Below are positions 27,783 through 39,929 of a stretch of 64,000 bases of DNA, piece after piece. The stretch comes from an uncultured bacterium (GTDB lineage: Bacteria; Zhuqueibacterota; QNDG01; DTFT01): NCBI GenBank assembly GCA_963736115.1, contig CAVTNR010000009.1, positions 32,001 through 96,000 on the forward strand, in the 5' to 3' direction. Position 1 is the first letter of the stretch; each line of letters opens with the position of its first letter. The translations under genes were made by a program, and so were the position numbers. The notes beneath the pieces are model-generated. The model did not search any database and had not been told where the DNA came from. It saw nothing but the letters and a program-made list of their open reading frames with translations.

Positions 27783-30156
27783 TCACCTCACCACCGCCAT
27801 CTTCCTCGCAGCAGTGAACCCCTCCGCCTGCATGCGGACGACATATACCCCTGAGGCCAGACCGGACGCGTTGAAGCGGACCGAATGATTTCCGGCGGCG
27901 TAACGTCCATCCGTGATCGCGCGCACCGTCCGGCCGGTCATGTCCGTCACGTGCAGACGGACGCGGCTTTTCGCAGAGGTCTCGAAACGGATCGTCGTGT
28001 AAGGATTAAAGGGATTGGGATGGTTCGGAAACAGGCGGAATCCTGAAGGGTTTTCATTGAGCTGCCGCACGGCATTTGTGTCATCAACGCGCCAGGCATG
28101 AACCACGAGGCGACCTTCCGCCTCCCGTATGAATTCCACCGCGTACAAAATATGGTTTTCGGAATCGAACGTTGCGGAAAAAATCTCATGGTTGGCTCCG
28201 AAGAACAGATCTTCGGCGAGCCTGAGCGCCGCGTACGGTTGGGGTTCCCAGGGCTGGAGCGTTCCCGCGGCTACCGCGGCCAGGTCGTCCGGGTTGTAAA
28301 AAACGATCATGGGCTTCCGGTTGTGGCTGCGCCAGCCCTTTCCGTCCGGGTCCGTTTCCCAGAAATCCGGATAGGGCACATCAGCGATGACCCAGTCGTG
28401 TCGCATCCGCTCGCCGGCATACCCGTACCAGTTGGTGCCGAGCGCCTTGTTGCCCATCAGCGCCACTGCGCCCGAGCCGCCCGCCGACACCCACATCGCG
28501 GCCCGCCATTCATCCGCATGGTTGTACCCGTCGATCGAATTCGGAAAATGAACATTGTCCGAGGCTTCAACAGGACCGTACTGGAGAAGAGTTGTTGCCT
28601 GCAGAACGGATCCGGGCCCCGGAGGCGCGTTTCCGACTCCCGCGAATGCGTACAGAGTCGGCCCCAGACCGCTCAATCCTCCGTCCCTGCTCCGTCCGGA
28701 AACGAGGAACCGGCCCGAGACGTTCACCGACGCCCAGTCCGCAGGCAGGCTGAACAGCCAGTCTCCCGCTCCGGCGTCAGTTGGCGGTTCGTCACCAGAG
28801 CCGAGGTACCAGGCTCCGTGGACACCGCTTACAGAGAGATCGGACAATTCGCAGCAGGTGATGGAGGCGTGTTTCTCCCCGGTGACGGTATAATGAGTAA
28901 CTCCAGGCGCTGTAGAGCCGACCTTCCTCAGGAACCACCGCGAGCCCGGTCCGCCAAATGTCGACGAAATTCCATGCGTCTATGTTTGCGGGCCTGATGT
29001 TCTCAGGTTCCCGTAGAACGCGGGCGACCGGAAGTTCGGAGAGTGCGCGGGATCCGGAGACAACCGGAGCCGGAAGGCTCACCTCGCCGACCCATCCGGT
29101 TTCGGCCTGATTCAGATTCGTGACGAACAGGGACCCCGGCGTTCCGTCGGAGGAGGATCCTGAACCGCCGTCCCCATCCGGCCGGAAGGCGACTGCCTCG
29201 CCTCCCCAGGCGAATGTTTCCGGCAGGGTGAATGCGCCCAGATATTTGAAGACGTCCGGCCGCACCGGACCGTCTCCGGACAGGAACCCCGGAGTCCGGA
29301 TTTCAACAGGATCGGAAAGGCCGCTCTCGTTCCCGGCCGCGTCAAGGGCGGAAACCCGGAATGCGTAGGTCCGGTCCGGTTCCAGGAACACGCAGGTATC
29401 CTCGACGGATTGTGCGTATTGCTCCACCTCTCCGTCCATGTAAACAAGATACTCGACGGTCCCGGTGTTGTCCCCCGCCGCATTCCAAACCAGACGCACC
29501 TTGGAATGGGAAACAGCCGCGGCCGTCAATCCGGTCGGCGTTTCAGGCGCGGTCAGATCCGCGTCATCGAGCAGTTCAATCCTGTCGCAAACCAGAAAAG
29601 GTTTCTGAAAGGTGGATCCCCATTCTACCGCCAGGTTGATATTGACCAGGGACCAGTTGCCGTCCGTTTTGTGAACCCCGGAATTTTCAATATTATAGAC
29701 AGTCTTCGCGGTTCCATGCGGCTGAATTTCGGTGTATGTGAACCGATAATCCGTGAACCGTCGCATGGTGTACCAGTTTCCGCCCGGCGCCGTTTCAGAC
29801 GGTTCGTCCGGGTCCGTGAAGCTGATGCGCGAGGTGAACGAAACGGTTTCATCCGAATCGTTGAACCAGGTCACAACGATTCTTGCGCCCTTATTGAAAG
29901 GCCGCGGCGTCCCCCGGACTCCTCGAAAATCGCCGTATTCCCCGGGGTCGGTCACTACCCGCACTCCCCCGCCTCCGACGGCGGTATGGGACAGATTGGC
30001 GGATATTATAGGGGTGTTCCATCCGGCCAGACCGTAGACATTCGCGGCCGCGGAAGACCCGAAATCGACGAGTGTGACACCGAAGGACGCGTGCGTCCCC
30101 ATCGCGCAGAGCATGACGATCGAGACGGACAGAAAACGACGGACGCGAGCGATCAT
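27783..30156 (-). CDS. Secreted FN3-domain protein with T9SS-type tail, split by a frameshift at ~28899
   Basis: FN3 (P.TP.GL...W..A.DN.G...Y...Y.F.V.A.DAAGN.S); YSAWS continues as THYTVTGEKH after removing one base; NHPNPFNP tail. Confidence 0.8.
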
Positions 30157-30278
30157 GACTCTCCCCCGGCGGCAAAGCCGCTTTTTTCCATCCGGCCTTA
30201 CTTCTTGCGCAAGCCGCGCTGGACGCTTCCACCGCGGCACAGCCGAAATCCCGCCCTATCAGGTGACGGCGCGGAAGT

Positions 30279-33267
30279 TCATCTGAGCGGATTCAGTACC
30301 GTTCCGAAAACCTCGGCCGCGGCCTTGATTTTCTCCTCGTTGCCGTACACGCAGAAGGCCCGCTGGTCGAGAACGTCCGACACGAGCGGCGCCATGGCGC
30401 GGATGTCCGCGGCCGTCGTGGACAGCACGGCGTCGCGTTCCGCCTGCAGGTGGACTGCGCTCACCCGCTCGAATCGGCACCGGACCGCCTCCCGGCCTTT
30501 TTCCGAGGGTGTCCGGGGCTGGTCGAGATTGGCGACGGTTCCGATGATGTACCGCGTCATGGCCGTGGAGTCGGCCTCGAAAGTCCGGAGATACTCGGGC
30601 GTGGCCGCGTAGGTGTCCAGGGTTTGCCCGAGATTCGGGTCGCGGTAGGAGCAGAGCAGAAACGTTCCGTTCGGATTTATCCTGGAGAACCCGCCGTACG
30701 CGCCTCCGATGACGCGGATCCGCGTCTGAAGCCAGTCGGTCGAGAGCACCTGAGTGAGCACGTTCATCCTGCCGTTCCAGGAGTGACCGAGCTTTTTCAG
30801 GTTGTATCCCTCGACCACGTACTGCACCTTGGAGGGGGTGGCGAACCCCTCGTTCTTCTTCCGGATGTCGAAGGTCCCAGGACTGCGGTTCCGGCCGGCC
30901 CGGCGCCAGCGCCTTCGCGAATCCTTTGAAGGCTTTGGTGAAGGCCTCGGTCTCCTCCGGGCCGCCGGTCGCGGCCGCGGTCAGGTTGCCCGACGTGAAC
31001 AGGAGGCCGGCGGTCCGCTTCAGGTTCGCGGCGATGGTTCCGGCCTGCACGTCGAAGGAATCGGCGAGATCGGACACGAACCAGTAATAATCGAATCCGC
31101 GGGTTTTTTCATTGAACATGCCTCCGTCGCCGATGTACGACAGGGCGCGGTTGGTCGCGAAACCGAAGCCGTTGCGCCGTGCGGCGCCGTCAAGCCTCGA
31201 CTGGTGCCGTGTGAGCACGGTCCGGATCCGGTCCGGATCGTCGAATTTCGTCCTGTTCAGCACTTCCCCGGCCAGGTCGAACATTTGGCCCGTCTTCGGG
31301 CGCAGGGCCTTGACGGACACGGTGAATTTCGGGAGGAGCCTGGAGTCGTCGCGGTCCTCAAGAAACATCTCCGTCGCGGTGGAAAACCCTCCCGTATGCA
31401 CGTTGAGCGCGGTTTCGAGCTCGGCGAACGGGTAACGCCCGGTGTCCAGACTGCCGAGCATTTCGGACAGTAGGGCCGCGTAGGGGATCAGTTCCTGCGG
31501 CAGAACCCGCATATCGAAGTACAGGCTGGCGTACACGACCCCATTGGTGAACGCGTCGTGAAACAGCACGGGCACGCCGGCCACTTTCCGTTCTTCGACG
31601 CCGTACCATTCGGCCCTGGGGTTGACGTCCGTGAGCCTCAGCAGGGGGATGGTCGCCAGCGCCTCCGGGCTGTCCTCCCGGCCCTGGTAGGCGACGAGTG
31701 CGGCCGTCTGCGACACGAGCGTGTCGATTTCAGCCTGCGTCAGCGTCGACTTGCGGCCGGCCAGGACCGAATCCGCGGCAGCCGCGTTGCGCGTCTCAAG
31801 CCCGGGTTCGGGCGCGAGCGTCATCAGCAGGGCGTGGGGATTGTCGATCAGATGACGGCGCAGAACCGTCTCGAGAAAGTCGGAAGTCATGGCGGTCTTG
31901 AGCCGGGCCAGCGGTTTCTCGTATTCGAGGCCCAGAAACGGATCATCGGCGAAAAACCAGCCGGCCAGCGTCTGCATGCTGTAAGTGATGCCCTTCTGGG
32001 CGTCGTCGCCCTCGCGGAGGCGGAATTCGAGGCGGTTGAGCGTGCCTTCGAGGATTTTCCGGTCCAGGCCTCTGTCCGCGACGTCTCGCAGGGTCCGGAA
32101 CACTACCTCACGGAACCGCGGCGCATCCGCGGGATCGGCGTTCTGCACCGTGATGGTGAACACGTTCTGCTGCAGGTCGTCCACCGAGGCATTGACCTCC
32201 CGGCCGATCTTCGCCTCCTGGAGCGCGAGACGCACCGGGCCCGACTCCTGGTTCACGAGCATGTCGCGCAGAACCTGCAGGGCCATGACCAGACTGCGAT
32301 CGGTGTTGAGGCCTGCCGCGAAATTCAGGGACAGGTAGGTCCGGTTTGCCGTGCTGTCGCCCTCGGACACGGGATAGAACGACTCCGCCTCCCGCAGCCC
32401 GTCGAAAGGTTTCTGGAGGGGGATCTCGACGGCGATGTCTGTCCGTTCAAAAGCCGACAGGTACTCGGTATCGATGAACGCCAGTTCCTTCTCGACGTCC
32501 GCGTCGCCGTAGAGGAAGATATAACTGTTTTCCGGATGGTAATACCGCCGGTGGAAGCCCAGAAACGCCTCGCGCGTCAGCGCCGGAATGGCCGGGGGAT
32601 ATCCGCCGGATGAATACCGGTACGCGTTGTCCGGGAACAGCCGTTTCATCACCTGATAGTCGAGTTCCCGGAGCGCGCTGGAGAAGGCGCCCTTCATTTC
32701 ATTATACACCACTCCCTTGACGGTCAGAGGAGCGGCCGCGTTCGTCAGCTCGTAATGCCAGCCTTCCTGCATCAGTATGCGCGGGTCCTCGGTTATGAGG
32801 GGATTGAACACCGCGTCGCAATAGACGTGCATCAGATTGAAGTAGTCCTTCTCGTTCATGCTCGCCACGGGATAGACGGTCACGTCGTTGCCCGTCATGG
32901 CATTGAGAAACGTGTTGAGAGACCCCTTCGAGAGCACGTCAAAGGGGCTCTTTACGGGAAAACGCTTCGAACCGTTCAGAACCGAATGCTCCATGATGTG
33001 CGGCGTGCCGCAGTCCGACTCCGGAACGGTCTTGAAGGCGATGCTGAAGGTCTTGTTCGGATCATCGGCCGTGATCTTCAGCGCGCGGGCCCCGCTCTTC
33101 ACATGCTCGAACAGCAGGCACTCGGCGTTCACTTCCTTGACGAACCGTTTCTCGACCAGCTTGAACCCGTGAACGGTTTTTCCGATCTCGAGACCCGCGT
33201 GCAGGCCGGCGGCCCGGGTGAGGCACAGGACGCACGTGAATGCGGCGAAGCGTGATGTTGCTTTCAT
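30279..33267 (-). CDS. M16C (presequence-protease/insulinase-like) metallopeptidase with signal peptide, frameshift at ~30877
   Basis: HIMEH, TFLNAMT, GVVYNEMKG; C-terminal IRVIGGAYG and SYRDPN in the second frame; extra G in tgg-g-acc. Confidence 0.9.
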
Positions 33268-33335
33268 CAGAAAAATCTCCCGGTTGAAATGGTAAATACG
33301 AAAATCGTGAAGAACCGAGTCAAACAGACGCCAAC

Positions 33336-33464
33336 AACCTCCCGCGGGTTCGGTCAAACCCGCGGGAGGTTTCATGTCTTTCGTTGGGGCGACGCGCTGC
33401 GTCGCCCCAACAGGTTGGTTCCTGCAACGCACCTGAAAAATGATAACCCGATGACCCCGGGGTC
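33336..33464. repeat. Composite cluster of three palindrome families
   Basis: AACCTCCC hairpin 33336-33371; GGGGCGACGC hairpin 33383-33411; GACCCCGGGGTC 33453-33464. Confidence 0.8.
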
Positions 33465-33472
33465 GATGAAGG

Positions 33473-35906
33473 TCATTTCACCAGCGCGATCTTCCTCGAC
33501 GCCGTAAACCCTTCCGCCTCCATGCGGACGACGTAAATGCCCGAAGCCAGACCGGAAGCATCGAGACGTTCGGTGTGGTTTCCGGCGCTGAAACGGCCGT
33601 CCGCCAGAACCGCAGTCAGCCGTCCGGCCGCGTCATAAACCTTCAAAGTCACGCGCCCCGCACGGCCGATCCTGAACGGCACAGCGGTCACGGGATTGAA
33701 CGGATTCGGATAATTGCGACCCAGAGCGAAACCGGACGGCAGGTCCGATTCCGCACCCACATCATCCGGCCCTGAAGCGAGTGTCAGGTGCCCGAGGGTT
33801 TCCGCGGCTTCCCACAGTGCTCCCAGGGGCCATTCGCCGGCATACCCGTAATGATACGCGTAGAAATTTCCCGGGTCCGAAACGGCCACCGCAAACCCGA
33901 CCGTCCCGCCCGGCGCAAACGCATGCGGCGAATCGTACAATGGAAGCGCGCATTCGTAGTGAACCGGGTGACCCTCTCCGAGAATCGCACTGTGGCCGGG
34001 AACCACGGCCACGGCCGAGTTCCCTCTGAGTCCGTCCGGATACGTCCCCCAGTACCCCAGAAATCCCATGCCCGCGGGCATGACGCCCCACAGACCTTCA
34101 TCGCTGGGCCCGGAGGCGGGCCAGATTCCGTCGTGATTGATGTCGAACAAAAGCCCCAGCGTCGTGGCAGGTTCGGCATTCGTATCATTCATATCCCACA
34201 CTGCGATATACAGACTGTCCGCATCGTTCATTACGCACAGCCCCGCATCGCTGAGCCCGCTTGGCTCTGAAATGGGAATCTCCGTCGAATCGAACCATTC
34301 GCCGAGCGCTAAAAAACCGTCCACTGTCGGAGGTCCGTCGCACCAGACCGACCGGATGACATGCCCGCCCGCCGCCGGCGTCACCGGGCCGACTGTCGCG
34401 GATAGAGAGCCGGTGATATCCGGCCGCACACTGTAGTAATACGACCGGCCGTTCTCAGCCGTGAAATCAATGAAATCGCGCATCCGCTCCGGAAAAGGCC
34501 GGGTGGTGAGGTCCACCGTGGCGAGCAGCGGCTTCTCGCCTTCTGCGCTCTCGGAGCGGTAGATCAGGTACCGGGCCGGATTCGCTCCCCCGAAGGGCGG
34601 CTCCCAGGAAAGAGGCACCCGGCCGTCGAATCCGGATCCCGCGGTGAACGCCATCGGCCGGGTTGTCGTCAACCGCGTGCCGTACACGTCGAAATCCGTG
34701 CCGTTCCTGCGGTCATACCAGACCATCTGGATGATGCCGGAACCGTCCGTGGCCGCGTTCGGGCCGAATTGGAGACCTGCGGTGTCATTGATGGGCATGC
34801 TCGGCAGGCTGAACTCGCCGGCCGCGTTGCATGCCCGGAAGTAGATGTTCCAATCGCCGGCGGAATTCGCTGACCAGAGGAATACGGTGCCGCCGTTGTC
34901 GAACGGAACCACCGCGAGTTCCCCCACGAAGCCGAACTTCAAATCCTCGTCCACGAAAAACGGCCCAAGGATCGGGTTCCCGCCTGAATCATACTTGCAG
35001 GCCTGGCGCCGCAATTTACCGTCACCGTAATCCGTGATCCAGAACACAGTCGCGCCCCCGTCCGATCCGACGGCCACCACCGGACCCAGACAGGAAATCG
35101 CGGCCGGATCGGACCTCGGCGCGACCTGAAAGGGATTCCCGATGGGGCCGGTTTGGAGGTTGAAGCGGCTGGCCATGATCCGATTCCCGGTCAATCCCGT
35201 GCCTTCCTGCCATACGATCCAGACATCCCCTTTCGGCGAAACGTCGACGGCCGCGTAGACCTGGCCGCTGTCCGACTGCGGATGAACCAAGCCGCTGCCC
35301 GCCGGATTTCCTCTCCGGTTGAAAAACTGGGCCATCACATCCCCGTTGGCGTCCGCGCGTTTGTCCGTCCATACTGCCACGACGCCGCCCGAATCGACGG
35401 CCGCTAGGGACACGCCGCCATTCTGCACCGCGCCCGCGCCTTCGTCGATCCGGAAATTCCCGCCCTTCGGCCTTCCATTGGCGTAGTACCACTGGCCGTA
35501 CACGTGCGATTCCGATCCGGAACCCGCGTCCCATGCGACCAGAAAATGGCCGTAACCATCCATGGCCACGTCGCAATTCGGTATCACATTGCCGTGCTCC
35601 GCGTCGTTCACCTTTATATTTCCGAGTGTCCCGAAAGGCTGACCCCTTTTATTGAAGAGCTGGAAAAAGATATCCGTGACACCGTTCCGGTTGTCCGGCC
35701 ACGCGATCACCGTGAGCCCGCCCTTGTGCATGCTCGATCGCGGGCCTGGACTGGTCCGCGGCAACTGCGTCATCGTTAATCTTCTGGTCGTCTATCTGGA
35801 CGTGCCCGGGGAAAGCCTGAGTCCGATCCGTAGCTCCCGATGTCGCCCACAGAAGCGACAGCAACACTGCTCCACTGATCCTTCCAAACGCTTTTACAGG
35901 ATACAC
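33473..35906 (-). CDS. Secreted propeller-repeat/FN3-like/CBM9-DOMON-like protein with T9SS-type tail, frameshift at ~35736
   Basis: Signal peptide in ORF 35649..35906 joins SMHKGG after removing one base; repeated WxDxRxGxxD; PTVDG....EW; NYPNPFNP tail. Confidence 0.78.
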
Positions 35907-35970
35907 GGGACCCTCCTCATATTGTGGGGTGTACAGTTCTCTCTCGGCCAGGGGGTTCGCGGACTGATTC

Positions 35971-35984
35971 CGACCCCGGGGTCG
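35971..35984. repeat. Perfect palindrome CGACCCCGGGGTCG
   Basis: 12-bp core lies 8 nt past the stop of the 35992 gene. Confidence 0.8.
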
Positions 35985-35991
35985 ATCTGCT

Positions 35992-37500
35992 TCACTTCAC
36001 CAGCGCAATCTTTCTCGAAGCCGTGAACCCCTCCGCCTCCATGCGGATGACGTACACGCCCGACGGCAGGCCGGTGGCGTCGAATCGGACCTCATGAACG
36101 CCCCGCTGATAAAAGGCATCCGAAAGGATGCGAACTTCCGTTCCCCTGTCATCATACACCCGCAGAATCATACGGCAGGGGTCATCGACTGAAAATGGAA
36201 TCGCAGTCGACGGATTGAAGGGATTGGGATAATTGGGATACAGTCTGAATCGACCCGGCGCCAGAGGCGTTCCCGAATCAATGCCTGTCGCGCCGCAAAT
36301 GCTGTCCTGAAGGGCGAAGAGCCGGGCGGCCCACCGTGCGTTGTCCTCCCCGTACTGAAGGGAAGCGACAGCCGTCATGCCTTCGGTGTACCCGTTCCAT
36401 GAATTGAACGTCAGTCCCTCAGGCTTCAGGTCCCGGACGATCCGCGTCTGCGCGTTACGCCAGTTTTCGTTGTTCCCGTAATTCACGGATCCGGGGAAAA
36501 CGACGTGCGCGTCGTAACCCGGAGTGGCGTCGAAGAAAAACGGAACGCCGGACCGTATCCACTCGGATGCGAATTCCCTTTTCCATGCGGCCAGAATCCC
36601 CTCGTCCGCGGTTCCGCACCAGATTTCAGACAGGAAACACTGTACGGCCAGCACGGAAGCGGTCTCCGCCAGGGCAGGCCCGTCCGATCGAGCCGAGGGC
36701 CTGTACGATCCGGGCGCATAGGTGTCCGGCGGCAGTACGTCGAGCGTGAATCCGATGCGAACGCCGGTATCCTCGAAAATTCTTTCCGCCGCCCGGTCGA
36801 ATCCCTCCGCGAACGTTGAAGCGTCCATCGGCTGTTGATTGGACGCGGCATGGAGAATGCATACCGCAACCCGTTCCGATCCGCTAGCATCGTACAGGCG
36901 GGCCCATTTGCCCGGCCACTCCGGATTTTCTGGATGAAGCAGATACCGTCCGATGAGATCCTCAATCCGGGCGATCAGCGCTGGAGCCGGGTCCGTGTTC
37001 TCCCCGGGGAAACAATCCATGAACGAGAAGGCCGTGGAATTGGGCGTGGCGGCGCTGGATTCGAGACAGGGGAGAATGAACAGCGGTTTCCCGACCGCAC
37101 TGTCGAAAAGCTCGTCATGCGCGTACGTCGACGTCTGCATCGGCGACCAGTACGCCCAATTGTCCGTCCCGCGGGGACCCCAGTAGGACATGGTAACCGT
37201 GTTCACGCCTGCGTCGATCATGGTTTGCAGTGCAAAGCCCCGGTATTCCGGCCTTTCGGACCAGCCGAGATGCCGGCTGTCGGCCGGATGCACGGTGTAC
37301 AGGCCGGTGTTGTCGGACGGGTCGGCCTCATAGAACTGCGCGCCGTTGCGCCAGTTCCCGGCGAAGAAATACACGCTCTTCACCGGCAGACCCTCGAACC
37401 CCGGATTGGCCAGCCTTCCGGGTGTGCCCGCGTGCAGTCCGGGAACAAGAACGAATACCGACAGCCAGGATATCAGCCGGCTTGAACCTGGGCGGTTCAT
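35992..37500 (-). CDS. Secreted GH99/GH71/DUF5010-like TIM-barrel protein with T9SS-type tail
   Basis: AGVN...MSYWG, TPGYD, FNSWNGYTEG; NYPNPFNP tail. Confidence 0.65.
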   Translation of the reverse strand: MNRPGSSRLISWLSVFVLVPGLHAGTPGRLANPGFEGLPVKSVYFFAGNWRNGAQFYEADPSDNTGLYTVHPADSRHLGWSERPEYRGFALQTMIDAGVNTVTMSYWGPRGTDNWAYWSPMQTSTYAHDELFDSAVGKPLFILPCLESSAATPNSTAFSFMDCFPGENTDPAPALIARIEDLIGRYLLHPENPEWPGKWARLYDASGSERVAVCILHAASNQQPMDASTFAEGFDRAAERIFEDTGVRIGFTLDVLPPDTYAPGSYRPSARSDGPALAETASVLAVQCFLSEIWCGTADEGILAAWKREFASEWIRSGVPFFFDATPGYDAHVVFPGSVNYGNNENWRNAQTRIVRDLKPEGLTFNSWNGYTEGMTAVASLQYGEDNARWAARLFALQDSICGATGIDSGTPLAPGRFRLYPNYPNPFNPSTAIPFSVDDPCRMILRVYDDRGTEVRILSDAFYQRGVHEVRFDATGLPSGVYVIRMEAEGFTASRKIALVK

Positions 37501-37616
37501 AGGATTCCCCGCTTGATTTTATTTGACGGCAACCTTTTTAAAGGCATGCTCCGGGCCTACAATAATTTTAGGTATCGATAAGATTGGTCCCGCGCAGCGG
37601 GAAGGTTCGAAGACTC

Positions 37617-37649
37617 ACGCTCCGGGAGATTCTCAACCTCCCGGAGCGT
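37617..37649. repeat. Hairpin related to the AACCTCCC family, possible terminator
   Basis: acgctccgggag...ctcccggagcgt, 6 nt after the stop of the 37656 gene. Confidence 0.6.
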
Positions 37650-37655
37650 ATTATT

Positions 37656-39464
37656 TCACCTGACCAGTGCGATCTTCCGGCTCGCCGTGAATCCTTCCGC
37701 TTCCATGCGGACGACGTAAATCCCCGACGGCAGGCCCGATGCGTCGAAGCGTACGGCGTATTCCCCCGCGGGATGATGGCCATCAGCAAGCGTCCGGACC
37801 TCCCGCCCCATGCCGTCCAGAACGATCAACCGCATTCGGCCGGAAGATGGGATGCCGAACCGGATCACAGTCGCTGCGTTGAATGGATTCGGAAAATTCG
37901 CGGATAAAAAATAATCCCGGGGATAGCCGGAGGGTCGGGCTTCCACGCTTGCGGCCCGTACCGGCGGGGAAAATTCCGATGTGTTGCCCGCCGCATCCGT
38001 GGCGGTGGTGGTGACAAAGGGTCCCTCCGGATTTCCGTTCCAGATGAAATGTCCGTTCCCATCCGCGGTCGCGGTACCTTCATACACCCTTCCCTGTCCG
38101 GACGAATCGGAAAAAATTTCGACTGTTCCGTGCGGAACCGTATATCCTTCCGCGCCTGAAGCGCTCGCCAAAAGAGACGGGGGAGCAATCGCCCCGTTGG
38201 CATTGCCGAATAAAACGATGCCGCCATTGAAGTTGTTCGAAATGGAGTTTTGCGTGATTCTATTGTACCGCGTTGAATCGAACTGCATGAAAACGCCAAA
38301 GGCGTTGAACCGGACAACATTCGAAGGCCCGATCTGGTTTGCCCTCGGACCGTTGTAGATGCAGACTCCGCCGTACCGGTTCGGCAGGGCCGCGTTCCCG
38401 GTGACGTCAGTGCCGATCCGGTTCCCAATGACCCGGTTGCTGTCGGTGCCTGCCGTGTAGATGTAAACGCCGTACGCGGAGTGCCCTGAAATCAGATTGG
38501 ATTCTCCCGGCTGGTCGCCTCCGATCAGGTTGCAGCTTGCCCCGTTGCTGATTGCCACACCGTTGTCCGAGTTTCCGGGGGCCCGCAGGCCATCCATGTC
38601 AGTGCCGAGAAAATTTCCCTGTACGATGTTGCCTCGCGTGCGTTTGTTCCCGGAAATCGCGATTGCCTGGTCCCCGCATCCGGTGATGACATTCCTTTCA
38701 CCCGGCTGTCCGCCGCCGATCCGGTTCCCTTTCGCATCCGAGATCAGGATGCCGTCGCCGGCATTGCCGAGGACATCCCTTCCCATCCGGTCGAGGCCGA
38801 TAAGATTCCCGATTACCACGTTGCTGTCGGATTGCTGGATTTGAATGCCGAGTCCCCGGCTTCCGGAAATGACATTTCCCGCTCCGGCAGACGCGCCGCC
38901 GATGGTATTATGACTGGCGCCCTCTCCGATGACGATTCCAGTCTGGTTGGTCGATTCGAGTGTGTCCAGTCCCGAAAAATTCGTGCCAATGAAATTTCCT
39001 TCGATTCGATTGTACCTCGCTTCTGCGCCCCCGATAAAAATCCCCTCCCCGAAAAAACACGATAGGATCAAATTCCGGATGACGTTTCGAGAGGAATGGA
39101 TTTCGAATCCGAACGAGACGGAGGAGCCGACTCTCCCCTGGTAGCCGGAAAGGAATATCTCCGGACCGTCGGGATTCGTATCCCCGTGAAGCGACGCTTG
39201 AGTGGCGCCGTCGATAACCGTTCCATCATCGGTCAGAGGCGGCAGGTTCGAGAAAGGCTCGATAAACCAGCACATGCCGTTGTATGTCATGCCTGTTTCC
39301 GGGATGTCGAAGCCGATGGTGTCCGGTCCGGCGTGGCTATTGGCCTGTAGGATGGCCTGCCGGAGCGTCCCGTTCCCAGTGTCCGCGGTGGTGGTGACTG
39401 TGTAGGTTTCAGCGAAAAGCGCGCCTGTCCAGGCAAGGACGATGAAGAGAAATCTTCTTTTCAT
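37656..39464 (-). CDS. Secreted right-handed beta-helix repeat protein with T9SS-type tail
   Basis: TADTGNGTLRQAI; repeats N.I.GN.IG[TL]D..G and N.IGG....GN.ISG; ATDAAGNTSEFS; NFPNPFN. Confidence 0.85.
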   Translation of the reverse strand: MKRRFLFIVLAWTGALFAETYTVTTTADTGNGTLRQAILQANSHAGPDTIGFDIPETGMTYNGMCWFIEPFSNLPPLTDDGTVIDGATQASLHGDTNPDGPEIFLSGYQGRVGSSVSFGFEIHSSRNVIRNLILSCFFGEGIFIGGAEARYNRIEGNFIGTNFSGLDTLESTNQTGIVIGEGASHNTIGGASAGAGNVISGSRGLGIQIQQSDSNVVIGNLIGLDRMGRDVLGNAGDGILISDAKGNRIGGGQPGERNVITGCGDQAIAISGNKRTRGNIVQGNFLGTDMDGLRAPGNSDNGVAISNGASCNLIGGDQPGESNLISGHSAYGVYIYTAGTDSNRVIGNRIGTDVTGNAALPNRYGGVCIYNGPRANQIGPSNVVRFNAFGVFMQFDSTRYNRITQNSISNNFNGGIVLFGNANGAIAPPSLLASASGAEGYTVPHGTVEIFSDSSGQGRVYEGTATADGNGHFIWNGNPEGPFVTTTATDAAGNTSEFSPPVRAASVEARPSGYPRDYFLSANFPNPFNAATVIRFGIPSSGRMRLIVLDGMGREVRTLADGHHPAGEYAVRFDASGLPSGIYVVRMEAEGFTASRKIALVR

Positions 39465-39785
39465 TAATTCTCCCTCCGGTGTGGTTTTAATACCGGCATT
39501 GAATGATCATCAGCAGGAAAGAGATTCCGCCGACACAGCTCCCCCATCCTTCACCGGGGACAGGCGCACGGCCTCGGACCGGACCCATGAGTGCCCGTCC
39601 ACGGCGATAAAAGCGGTTCTGAAAACGGGAGTCAACCATGCGAGTCTGGCCATCGGCTCACCGGATGCCATATTCAGTTGCCATTCTCGATTCCGGGGAA
39701 ATCCAATTCGGCATCAGATGGACGAGATCGGTTTCTACCGACGACGGGTCGTTCCGAATGACGTCCCCGGACGAGGGAGAAAAAT

Positions 39786-39831
39786 GGATCCCGCTCCCGG
39801 ATCAAGTCCGGGACAAGTCCCGCGGGGATGA
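39786..39831. repeat. REP/RPE-like nested hairpin
   Basis: tggatcccgc-tcccggatcaagtccggga-caagtcccgcggggatgac; similar ggatcaag hairpin near 20657-20697. Confidence 0.5.
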
Positions 39832-39929
39832 CACACAAAAAGGATGGTTGAAAAAAACCGATTTATAAAATTCCATAAACAAACGAATTGATTTCACAAA
39901 CGCGAAGTCTCAAACACAGCCGCATCAAA

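Noticed and set aside
39465-39785. Hidden small ORF or ncRNA between the beta-helix paralogues
   Set aside because: Only a 47-codon minus-strand ORF without motif or clear RBS; no recognisable RNA family.
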